The notes under the pieces: generated by a model
What the model was told of the DNA's origin: nothing
Seen by the model: the letters and a program-made list of their open reading frames with translations, nothing else
The model's database searches: none
Source of the DNA: Methyloceanibacter sp.
GTDB taxonomy: Bacteria > Pseudomonadota > Alphaproteobacteria > Rhizobiales > Methyloligellaceae
NCBI GenBank assembly: GCA_035319265.1
Contig: DATHCZ010000003.1
Span: forward strand, 1 to 63,440
Direction: 5' to 3'
DNA length: 63,440 nucleotides
Shown: piece by piece, positions 52,528-61,422 of the stretch
Layout: every line of letters starts with the position of its first letter
Position numbering within the stretch: the stretch's first letter is position 1
Made by a program: the position numbers and the translations under genes

Positions 52528-54044
52528 GTCGTCGGCACGGCGACGAATCTAAGCCCGCCCTTAGAGTCGGAGAGGAGCAGCAACACGGTGCGGCGGCCGG
52601 ACTTCTTCACGGCTTCAAGTCGCGCGAGCACGTCGCGTGGCTGCTTCACCTTTTCCTGCGTCACCTCGACGATGACGTCCCCCGGCTTCACGTCCTTCTG
52701 CGCCGCCGGGCTATCAGGCTTGACCTCGGTGATGATGACGCCCTCGATTGCTTTCCCGATGTCGTATTGACTGCGCAGCTCATCGGTCAGAGGCGCGATG
52801 GAGAGACCGAGCAGCTCCTCTTTCTCGGGCACATCGCCCTCATCACCGTTATCGCCATTATCGTCTTGCGTCGTATCGTCGGCGGCCGCCTCCTCGTTCG
52901 CCGGCAATTGACCGATAGTGACGCTGACTGACTTGTTCTCGCCTTTGCGCAGGAGCTCAACCGCAACGCTCTTGCCGATCGGCGTCGCGGCTACCGCCCG
53001 CGGCAAGTTGCGCATATTCTCGATGTCCTGACCGTCGAAGGACAAGATCACGTCGCCCGGTTCGATACCACCCGCGGCAGCCGGACTATCGGGCGACACG
53101 GTGGCGACCAGAGCTCCTTTCGGCTCCTGCAAGCCCAGGCTTTCGGCGATCTCGTCGGTCACGTTCTGCACATGGACGCCAAGCCAGCCGCGCCTTGTCT
53201 CGCCGTATTGCTTGAGCTGATCGATCACCTGGACCGCGCTGTTCGAGGGAACGGCGAAGCCGATGCCGATCGATCCGCCAGTCGGCGAGATGATCGCCGT
53301 GTTCACGCCGATCACCTGGCCGTCCATGTTGAACAACGGGCCGCCGGAATTGCCCCTGTTGATGGCGGCGTCCGTCTGCAGGAAGTCATCGTAAGGGCCG
53401 GCATTGATGTCGCGCTTGGTGGCAGAGATGATGCCGACCGTGACGCTACCCCCTAGCCCGAAGGGATTGCCGATCGCCATCACCCAGTCGCCAACGCGCA
53501 TCTTCGCCGAATCGCCGAAGGTCACGGCATGAAGCGGCTTCTTCGGCTCGACCTTGAGCAAGGCGAGATCGGTCTTGGGATCGTGACCGAGAATCTTAGT
53601 GACCTTCAGCTTGCTGCCGTCGGTGAAGTTGATGAGGATCTCGTCGGCGCCCTCGATGACGTGGTTATTGGTGACGATCAGTCCCGAAGGATCGATGACG
53701 AAGCCCGAGCCGAGCGAGCTCACCTTGCGCGGCAGCCCTTGTTTGTCCTGGTCGTCGAAGAAGTCGTCGAAGAACTCCTCGAAGGGCGAGCCCTTAGGGC
53801 CAGGCCCCGTGTTGGTGTTGTCGTTTGAGCCCTTCAGCGTCTGGGTGGTCGAAATGTTGACCACCGCGTCTTGGAGACCCTCGGCGATGTCGGCAACGGA
53901 GTCGGGACCACGAGCGAGGCTCGGGGTCGGACGCAGCGGCGATGCGCCGAGCAGGAAAAGGGCAAGACAGCAAGCAGCTAGGAATGCACGGCGCACAACC
54001 GAGACAACGCCAAGAGGTGCCACCAGCATGTGTCGCTCAGACAT
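52524..54044 (-). CDS. degP: Do/DegQ-family periplasmic serine endoprotease with two PDZ domains
   Basis: GSGFVI, TNNHV, DLALL, TDAAINRGNSGGPL, GWLGV. Confidence 0.93.
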   Translation of the reverse strand: MSERHMLVAPLGVVSVVRRAFLAACCLALFLLGASPLRPTPSLARGPDSVADIAEGLQDAVVNISTTQTLKGSNDNTNTGPGPKGSPFEEFFDDFFDDQDKQGLPRKVSSLGSGFVIDPSGLIVTNNHVIEGADEILINFTDGSKLKVTKILGHDPKTDLALLKVEPKKPLHAVTFGDSAKMRVGDWVMAIGNPFGLGGSVTVGIISATKRDINAGPYDDFLQTDAAINRGNSGGPLFNMDGQVIGVNTAIISPTGGSIGIGFAVPSNSAVQVIDQLKQYGETRRGWLGVHVQNVTDEIAESLGLQEPKGALVATVSPDSPAAAGGIEPGDVILSFDGQDIENMRNLPRAVAATPIGKSVAVELLRKGENKSVSVTIGQLPANEEAAADDTTQDDNGDNGDEGDVPEKEELLGLSIAPLTDELRSQYDIGKAIEGVIITEVKPDSPAAQKDVKPGDVIVEVTQEKVKQPRDVLARLEAVKKSGRRTVLLLLSDSKGGLRFVAVPTT

Positions 54045-54138
54045 CGATCAAACTCTCCCGCATCGCTCGCCGGTCAAATCGCACGTCCCCATCTTAGCGG
54101 AAAACGGCCGAGTAAAGCACACCGCGCGCTTGTCGCCT

Positions 54139-54324
54139 CTAACCGCGCACGAGCCAGATGATGAACACGCCACAGGCGACCGCCACCGCGCCGGCAATCC
54201 GCAAGGTGCCCTCCTGAACTCCAGCCGAAGCCTGCAACAGCCTGCGGCCTAGTCCAGGCGACAACGCCCATAACGCCCCTTCGATGACGAGCACGAGCCC
54301 CAACGCCACGGCAAGATCGCTCAT
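54139..54324 (-). CDS. DUF2065 family small membrane protein
   Basis: MSDLAVALGLVLVIEGAL...LRIAG; conserved position after hflC. Confidence 0.85.
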   Translation of the reverse strand: MSDLAVALGLVLVIEGALWALSPGLGRRLLQASAGVQEGTLRIAGAVAVACGVFIIWLVRG

Positions 54325-54349
54325 CGCGTCGGCAGGTGCTCCACGCGCC

Positions 54350-55399
54350 TCACGGGGCCGGCTGTGCCTCGGGGGACGTCTCGCCAACCGAAAGCTTGTG
54401 CTCGGGCGCCGGCGTCGGGGTGCCGACCGAGGCCCCCTGCTCCGGCTCAGGCCCCTCCTCGCTGGGGGCCTGTGGCGCCTCAGAGGGCTTTGCCGCCGGC
54501 GGCGCGGCGGACGAAGAGCCCGGCTGCTCGGCTTTGCCGCTGTCGTCGTTGAAATACTGGAAGAACTGCGAATTAGGGCTCAGCAGAAAGCGCGTGTCGT
54601 CGCCCTTGAGCGCCGCAGCGTAAGCCTGCATGGACCGATAGAAGGAGAAGAAGTCGGGATCCTGGCCGAAGGCGTCGGCAAAGATGCGGTTTTTCTCGGC
54701 ATCGCCGGTGCCCCTGATTCGCTCCGACTCGCCCGTCGCGTCGGCCTTGATCACGGTGACCTGGCGGTCCGCCGTGCCGCGAATGCGCCGCGCGGCGCCC
54801 TCGCCCTCGGCACGGAACTCGGCCGCTTGCCGTTGCCGCTCGGTCTGCATGCGACGGTAGATCGCCTGCATGTTCGCTTCGGGCAAGTCGACGCGTTTGA
54901 TCCGCACATCGACGACGTTGATGCCAAAAGGTGCCGCCTCCTGGTTGACCTGACTGAGAATGGTGCGCATCAGCTCCTCGCGCTTGTCGCGTACCACGGT
55001 CGCAAAGCTCGCGGCGCCGAGTACTCGTCTGAGCGAGGATTCAAGAATAGCCCCAAGGCGCGAGTCGGCACCCTCCTCGTTGCCCAAGCTCTGGAAGAAC
55101 AACAAGGCATTGACGATTTTGTAACGCGCAAAGGCATCGACGACGAGCCGCTTTTGGTCGGAGGCGATCACTTCTTGCGAGGCGGTGTCGATGTCGAGGA
55201 TGCGTTTGTCGAACAACACGACGTTCTGAATGAAGGGAATTTTGTACTGAAGCCCAGGCTCGGTGATGATGCGCTTGGGCTTGCCGAATTCGAGGACGAT
55301 CGCCTGCTGAGTTTGGCCGACCGTAAACAGAGTCAGGTAGCTGACGAGGGCCGCGAAGGCGAGGATGATGAGACTGAAGGTGAGAGCGGTGCGGCTCAT
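54350..55399 (-). CDS. hflC: FtsH modulator HflC, with Pro/Glu-rich C-terminal extension
   Basis: SPFH domain; DVRIKRVDLP, RMQTER, FFSFYRSMQAY. Confidence 0.95.
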   Translation of the reverse strand: MSRTALTFSLIILAFAALVSYLTLFTVGQTQQAIVLEFGKPKRIITEPGLQYKIPFIQNVVLFDKRILDIDTASQEVIASDQKRLVVDAFARYKIVNALLFFQSLGNEEGADSRLGAILESSLRRVLGAASFATVVRDKREELMRTILSQVNQEAAPFGINVVDVRIKRVDLPEANMQAIYRRMQTERQRQAAEFRAEGEGAARRIRGTADRQVTVIKADATGESERIRGTGDAEKNRIFADAFGQDPDFFSFYRSMQAYAAALKGDDTRFLLSPNSQFFQYFNDDSGKAEQPGSSSAAPPAAKPSEAPQAPSEEGPEPEQGASVGTPTPAPEHKLSVGETSPEAQPAP

Positions 55400-56511
55400 T
55401 GGGGCTGGCCCTCCGGAGCAAGAGGACGTTTGGAGAATTCCGGAAGCGGCAAATAGGGAACGACCCCGGTACCCGACTTGCCATCGATGATGACCTTGTC
55501 GGTGTCGCCGAGCACTTTCTCCATAGTCTCGATGAAGATACGCTTGCGCGTCACGTCGGGCGCCTTTTTGTACTGCTCATAGACGCTGAGGAAGCGGTCG
55601 GCCTGGCCCTTGGCCTCGGCGATGACCTGGTCGCGATAGCCTTGGGCCGCCTGGAGAATGCGCTCGGCTTCGCCGCGCGCCTCGGGGATGATTCGGTTGG
55701 CATAGGCTTCCGCTTCGTTCTGCAAGCGCTCCTGATCGGCGCGCGCCGCCTGCACGTCGCGGAAGGCGTCGATCACTTGCGCGGGCGGATCGACCTTTTG
55801 CAATTGCACCTGAGTAATCAACACGCCCGCGCCGTAGGCATCGAGGGTCTTCTGCATCAGGGCCTGCGCATCAGCCTCGGTCTTGGCCCGCGCCCCGGTG
55901 AGGATCGGCTCGATGTCGCTTTGACCCACGATCTCACGCATGGCGCTTTCCGCCACGTCCTTCACCGTGCCTTCGGGGTTCTGAATGTTGAACAGGAAGT
56001 CGGCGGCATTGCTGATCTTCCAAAACACGACGAAATCGACGTCGACGATATTCTCGTCGCCGGTCAGCATCAGACTTTCTTCCGGCACGTCGCGGACCGT
56101 GCTCGAAGCATCGCGCACGTCGGAGGAGCCGCGCATGCCGATCTCGATCCGATTGATGCGAGTGACCTTGGGTAGCTCGACCTCCTCGATGGGATAGGGC
56201 CAGCGGAAGTTAAGGCCGGGCGGCAGCTGGCGCACATATTTGCCGAAGCGCAGAACGACGCCGAGCTCGTCGGGGTTGACCCGCACGGTGAAGCCGAAGA
56301 AGCCGATAAGCGCGATCAGAACCACGGCGGCGAGCGCCATGAAGGGGCCGCCAAGGTTTCCGCCGGGCATGGCTTGGCGAATGCGGTCCTGACTGCGGCG
56401 CAGAATTTCTTCCAAATCGGGTTGCTGGCCGGGGCCGCCCGGGCGCGGACCCCAAGGGCCGCCGCCGCTGCCTTTCCAGCCGCCGCCTCCGCTCTGATTG
56501 CTCCAAGGCAT
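55396..56511 (-). CDS. hflK: FtsH modulator HflK
   Basis: MPWSNQ...GPWG...PDLEE, MLTGDENIVD, AFRDVQAA, VVPYLPL. Confidence 0.96.
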   Translation of the reverse strand: MPWSNQSGGGGWKGSGGGPWGPRPGGPGQQPDLEEILRRSQDRIRQAMPGGNLGGPFMALAAVVLIALIGFFGFTVRVNPDELGVVLRFGKYVRQLPPGLNFRWPYPIEEVELPKVTRINRIEIGMRGSSDVRDASSTVRDVPEESLMLTGDENIVDVDFVVFWKISNAADFLFNIQNPEGTVKDVAESAMREIVGQSDIEPILTGARAKTEADAQALMQKTLDAYGAGVLITQVQLQKVDPPAQVIDAFRDVQAARADQERLQNEAEAYANRIIPEARGEAERILQAAQGYRDQVIAEAKGQADRFLSVYEQYKKAPDVTRKRIFIETMEKVLGDTDKVIIDGKSGTGVVPYLPLPEFSKRPLAPEGQPQ

Positions 56512-56670
56512 GATCGAAATTTGTCCTGATGTCTTGTGGGGGTGGCGCGAGGACCGGCCTAAGAAGGTGAGCTCAAGACGGCAAGTCTAGCCGCATCAAA
56601 ATGGCGGTCCTGCGACAAGGTCGGGAGGGTTATAGGCCAGTGATCCTTGCCGCGCAATGCAATGAGGCCG

Positions 56671-57210
56671 TTATGGTGAGGAGCGCTCAAGCACGACGAA
56701 GCTGAAGGCATGCTCGTCCTTGGGGCCCGGCTCGCGGCGATCGCGCGAGATCTCGTGCCATTCTCCGCGGTCGAGCGGCGGAAACCAGGTGTCGGCGTGG
56801 GGCGTGGCATGAACCTCGGTGAGGTAAATGCGCCCCGCTTGCGGGAGCACGGCGCGGAACACGTCCTCGCCGCCGATCACCATGATCTCCTCGGCGCCGG
56901 TCCGCGCCGCCGAATCGCGCGCGAGCTGCAGGCCTTCCTCGAGGCTGTGAGCCATGACGGCGCCGTCGGCGATGAAGCCGCTGTCGCGTGACAGCACGAT
57001 GTTGAGACGCCCATCGAGAACGCGCGGCAGCGATTTGAACGTGCGGCGCCCCATGATCACGGGCTTGCCCATGGTGATCGCACGGAAATAGCGGAGATCG
57101 CTCGACAGCCGCCACGGCAAGTCCCCGCCCCTGCCGATGGCGCCGTTCTCGGCCATCGCCACGACGAGCGCGATGACGGGCGTGCCCGGTGCGGACTTGG
57201 CCAGGCTCAC
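56671..57210 (-). CDS. folA: Dihydrofolate reductase
   Basis: ENGAIG...[31 protein letters not shown]. Confidence 0.95.
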   Translation of the reverse strand: MSLAKSAPGTPVIALVVAMAENGAIGRGGDLPWRLSSDLRYFRAITMGKPVIMGRRTFKSLPRVLDGRLNIVLSRDSGFIADGAVMAHSLEEGLQLARDSAARTGAEEIMVIGGEDVFRAVLPQAGRIYLTEVHATPHADTWFPPLDRGEWHEISRDRREPGPKDEHAFSFVVLERSSP

Positions 57211-58001
57211 ACCGCAACCTCGGCGCGGATCGCCGGATGCGGGTCGTAGCCAACCAGCTTGAAGTCCTCATAGGCGAAATCGAACAGAGAGCTGATCTCG
57301 GGATTGATCGCCATGCGCGGCAATGCACGCGGGCTTCGTGTCAGCTGCTCGTCGGCCTGATCGAGATGGTTGAGATAAAGATGCGCGTCGCCGAAGGTGT
57401 GGACGAACTCTCCCGGCTTGAGCCCGGTAACCTGCGCCATCATCATCGTCAGGAGAGCGTAAGAGGCAATGTTGAAGGGAACGCCCAAGAACATGTCGGC
57501 GGAGCGCTGATAGAGCTGGCAGGATAGCCGTCCGTCCCCGACATAAAACTGGAACAGGCAGTGGCAAGGGGGCAGCGCCATCTTGTCGAGTTCGCCGACG
57601 TTCCAGGCGCAGACGATATGGCGACGCGAATCAGGGTCCCGCTTCAAACCATCGACCACATTGGCGATCTGATCGATCTGTCGTCCATCGGACGCCGGCC
57701 AAGAGCGCCACTGCCGCCCGTAGACCGGACCGAGCTCGCCCTCCTCGTCAGCCCATTCATCCCAGATGCTCACTCCGTGCTCGTTCAGATAGCGCACATT
57801 GGTCGAGCCCTGAAGGAACCAAAGCAGCTCATGGACGATCGACTTGATGTGCAGCTTCTTGGTGGTGAGGAGCGGAAAGCCGTCCTCGAGATCGAAGCGC
57901 ATCTGGGCGCCGAACAGACTCAAGGCGCCGGTCCCGGTGCGGTCACCCTTTTTGAGCCCTTCGTTACGAATGCGGGCGAGGAGATCGAGATATTGACGCA
58001 A
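57207..58001 (-). CDS. thyA: Thymidylate synthase
   Basis: [39 protein letters not shown]; TTG start. Confidence 0.97.
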   Translation of the reverse strand: MRQYLDLLARIRNEGLKKGDRTGTGALSLFGAQMRFDLEDGFPLLTTKKLHIKSIVHELLWFLQGSTNVRYLNEHGVSIWDEWADEEGELGPVYGRQWRSWPASDGRQIDQIANVVDGLKRDPDSRRHIVCAWNVGELDKMALPPCHCLFQFYVGDGRLSCQLYQRSADMFLGVPFNIASYALLTMMMAQVTGLKPGEFVHTFGDAHLYLNHLDQADEQLTRSPRALPRMAINPEISSLFDFAYEDFKLVGYDPHPAIRAEVAV

Positions 58002-58118
58002 AGGTGAGCTTCTTTCCGCTGAGTCTTGCCCCTATGATCTGGACTTCACGAGGCCAGCCGGCAAGGAGGCGTGGACCTCTTTTGCACAACCCCCTGACCC
58101 CCTAGGAGAGTCTCTCCA

Positions 58119-58364
58119 ATGCGTTTCCTTCCCATTCTTCTCCTCGCAAGTCTCTTATTGGCCCATCCCGCGGCCGCGCAACCGCGCGTCGGCGTCGACC
58201 AGGCCCGCGACATTGCCTTCCACTACGGTATCGTAACGATCAAGGACGTCGATCTCGACGACGGCGTTTGGGAGATCGTGGGCTTCGATTCTTACGGTGC
58301 CAAAATCAAAGTTTGGGTCGATGCGTGGAGCGGGGCCATCATCAAGATCAAGCGCAAGGACTAG
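58119..58364 (+). CDS. Small secreted PepSY-domain protein
   Basis: GGAG RBS; signal peptide; VDLDDGVWEI...VDAWSGAII. Confidence 0.8.
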   Translation: MRFLPILLLASLLLAHPAAAQPRVGVDQARDIAFHYGIVTIKDVDLDDGVWEIVGFDSYGAKIKVWVDAWSGAIIKIKRKD

Positions 58365-58455
58365 CCGCCCGATCAGTGATTCGCCGACGACCTCGAACTG
58401 GGGGTATCGGCACCATCAATCTTTTTTTTGCCCCCTTAGAGGCCTATATTGAATC

Positions 58456-58795
58456 TGTCGGTGCAAGCCGACTATGGCGATAAATAGCCTTCGTAATAAG
58501 CCATTCGGACCCGGGGGCGGTACCCGGCGCCTCCACCATTCAGAAGCCAGAGTTCGATTCAAAATTTCTGGTTTCCGACTCATGGGGGCGAAACAGGATC
58601 GACGAGGGTGTAAAGGTCGCGCTTTCGCTCGGCATGGTACCGCCGTTATCGGGCCAACCAAATAGTTGCCAATGACAACTATGCGGAGGCTGCTCTCGCT
58701 GCGTAAGCGGCGCGATAGCCTGAAAATGAAGTCCTAATCGCTTCGCAGCGGCTAGGCGCGGTTCGGAGGGCACCGGCCAACAGAAGCCCTCCACT
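58456..58795 (+). ncRNA. ssrA: tmRNA, two-piece circularly permuted alphaproteobacterial form; tag (A)ANDNYAEAALAA
   Basis: Acceptor piece ends ...GGACCCGGGGGCGGTACCCGGCGCCTCCACCA (58538); intervening segment; coding piece starts GGGGGCGAAACAGGATCGAC (58584); tag ORF 58668-58706. Outer ends approximate. Confidence 0.93.
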
Positions 58796-58844
58796 TTGAC
58801 GGGGTGGTTGCCTCGCGTCGCAAGAGGGGCAAGCGGCGGCTTCC

Positions 58845-59384
58845 ATGGCAGAGGACGAAATCAGATACGACCTTCTTACGCAGGATGCTCTGCGCGGCGT
58901 GGTGCGGCAGGTGCTGGCGCGCGTGCAGCGCGAAGGCCTACCCGGCGAGCATCACCTCTACATTGCCTTCGACACCGGTGGCGAGGGCGTCTCGGTATCG
59001 AAGCGCTTGAAGGAACAATATCCCGAAGAGATGACGATCGTCCTGCAGTACCAGTTCTGGGACCTGCAGGTGACCAACGACCGCTTCGAGGTGAAGCTCT
59101 CCTTCTCCAACGTTCCTGAGCGGCTCGTGGTGCCGTTCAGCGCGGTCAAGGCGTTCTACGACCCCTCGGCTCAATTCGGCCTGCAATTCGGCAAGCCTGG
59201 CGCCGCCAACGATTCCGCGCGCCAGCATATGGCTGCTGCCCTGCCCGACCTCGTCGGTGAGGCAGAAGAGCCGCGCGGATCCGCCGAGCCTCCTCATGAA
59301 GAGAGCGAGCAGCCTTCGGCCGAAGTGGTGATGTCGCGGCCACCGGCCGAGGTGGTTCATCTCGACCGCTTCCGCAAGAAGTAG
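58845..59384 (+). CDS. sspB: ClpXP protease specificity-enhancing factor SspB (alphaproteobacterial type)
   Basis: IRYD...ALRGVVR, LPGEHH, YPEEMTIVLQYQFWDL, C-terminal VVHLDRFRKK; next to ssrA. Confidence 0.93.
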   Translation: MAEDEIRYDLLTQDALRGVVRQVLARVQREGLPGEHHLYIAFDTGGEGVSVSKRLKEQYPEEMTIVLQYQFWDLQVTNDRFEVKLSFSNVPERLVVPFSAVKAFYDPSAQFGLQFGKPGAANDSARQHMAAALPDLVGEAEEPRGSAEPPHEESEQPSAEVVMSRPPAEVVHLDRFRKK

Positions 59385-59546
59385 GTCGCGCGCTCGATAT
59401 TTCATCTCCTGATTGCCCAAGGATTGAGCAGACGTCATGGGTCGTTCGCCCATTGACCTTGATTTCGCTTGGCTTTTTACATGGCATGAATTCTGACTAG
59501 AGTTTCTCGCCTGTTACGCGAAGGCGAAGCCAAGCTGGGGGAATGT

Positions 59547-61420
59547 TTGAACAAGGTCGACACGATCCGGCGGGCGCCTCAGGCCGACCACATGGCGCTC
59601 GCTCCCGTCGAAGATTATCTCGCCGAGCTGCACGCCCGCGCGGCGACGCTTTCGGGGGGAAAGCCCGCCGATTACATCCCCGAGCTCGGCAAGGTCGATC
59701 CGTCGTTGTTCGGCATCGCCATCGCCACGGTCGACGGCCAGACCTACGCCGTGGGCGATGCCGAGGTGCCCTTCACCATCCAGTCCGTGTCGAAGCCATT
59801 CATGTATGGCTACGCGCTTCAGCACCATGGGCGCCTCGCGGTGCTCGAGCAGGTGGGCGTCGAGCCCACGGGCGAGGCGTTCAACTCGATCGTGCTGGAC
59901 GAGGTCGCCAATCGCCCGTTCAACCCCATGGTCAATGCCGGCGCCATCGCCATCGCCGAGATGATGCCGGGCGATACGCAAGCTGAGCGCGTCGCCAATA
60001 TGATGGCGCTGTTCTCGGACCTCGCGGGGCATGAGCTCGAGATCGACGAACAGGTGTTCAACTCCGAGCTCGCCACCGGCCATCGCAATCGCGCCATCGC
60101 CTATATGATGCTCAACACGGCGATGATCACCCGCGACCCGAACGAGGTGCTCGACCTCTATTTCCGCCAATGCTCGGTCAAGGTCACCTGCCGCGATCTC
60201 GCCATCATGGCTGCCACGCTCGCCAATGACGGCAAGAACCCGTTGACCGGAAAGCCCGTGTTCGACGCGCAATATGTCCGCGACATGCTGACGGTAATGA
60301 ACTCGTGCGGCATGTACGACTACGCCGGCGAGTGGGCCTACGAGGTCGGCATGCCGGCCAAGAGCGGCGTGTCGGGATGCATCATCGCCGTTATCCCCGG
60401 CCAGATCGGTATCTGCGTCTATTCTCCGCCCATCGATAAACAGGGCAACAGCATGCGCGGAATTCGTGTCTGCCAGGAGATCTCGAACGAGTTCGAGCTG
60501 CATGCCTTCAACAACCGCACCAATGTGAGGAGCGTGATCAGGCGCGATTACCGGCCGACCTCGTGCGCTCGAACCGCCTGCGCACGCCCGAAGAGCGCGC
60601 CGTGCTGGCAAAGGAAGGCGTCAAGGTGGCGGTGCTTGAAGCGCAAGGGGCCCTGTTCTTCGGCTCGACCGAGCAGCTGTTGCGCAGACTCGTGCAACTG
60701 GCGGCCGAGACGCGCTACGTCATCGTCGACTTCAAGCGCGTGCATCTCGCCGACGCCGCGGCACGCAAGCTGATCGTGCGGGCAGCGCGCGCTATGGCCG
60801 GGAGCGAAACCGAGCTGTTGTTTGCGGCGATCGCCGAAAACGGCCCGCTCGATCGGTTGATCAAGGCGCTAGCCGAATGCGACGAGGAGCGCGTTCATCT
60901 GTTTCGCGATGCCGATGCAGCACTCGAATGGTGCGAGGATAGGCTGCTCGCCGGCGCCTCGTTCGCCGTCGGAACCAAATTCGCGGTTTCCGAGATCAAT
61001 CTGTTCAAGGGGCTGACTCCTGCCGAGTGCCGCTTGGTCGAATCCATCATCAGGCCGCTCGTGTTCGAGAAGGGCGAGGTCATCATGCGCGAGGGCGACG
61101 AGGCGAAGCTCTTCTTCGTTCTTGCGCGCGGCACGGTCAGCGTCGAGATCAAGGTCCATGGCCAGGGCGACCGGAGGAAGCGCGTGGCCTCGATTGGACC
61201 CGGTCTCACCTTCGGCGAGATGGCGCTGCTCGACGGCGGCAAGCGCTCTGCCGACATCGTCGCCAATGAGCGGGTGATCTGTTACGGGCTCGGTGTCGAG
61301 GAGTTGCAAGATCTCGCGGTCGAGCACCCCAACGTCATGATCAGCATCTTGAGCAATCTGACGCGCGAGTTCTCCGAGCGGCTGCGCCACGCCAACGAAG
61401 AGATCAGCGTCCTCGAATAA
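59547..61420 (+). CDS. glsA: Glutaminase A fused to STAS and cyclic-nucleotide-binding domains; apparent 1-nt frameshift at about 60554
   Basis: DYIPEL, FTIQSVSKPF, EPTGEAFNS, NPMVNAGAI, GMPAKSGVSG. After CGG[G]CC the frame continues into STAS (QGALFFGS, VDFKRV) and cNMP (FGEMALLDGGKRSA) domains. Confidence 0.88.
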
Positions 61421-61422
61421 CG

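Noticed and set aside
54350-54545. Pro/Ala/Glu-rich HflC tail as a separate domain or frameshift product
   Set aside because: It is in frame and low-complexity, consistent with a variable disordered extension.
58416-58794. Short ORFs between the PepSY gene and sspB
   Set aside because: They overlap the tmRNA gene; only the tag reading frame is meaningful.
60545-60565. Programmed ribosomal frameshift in glsA
   Set aside because: No slippery heptamer or stimulatory structure is evident. A missing G in a GG run, like the missing C at about 23657, is better explained as a homopolymer sequencing error.
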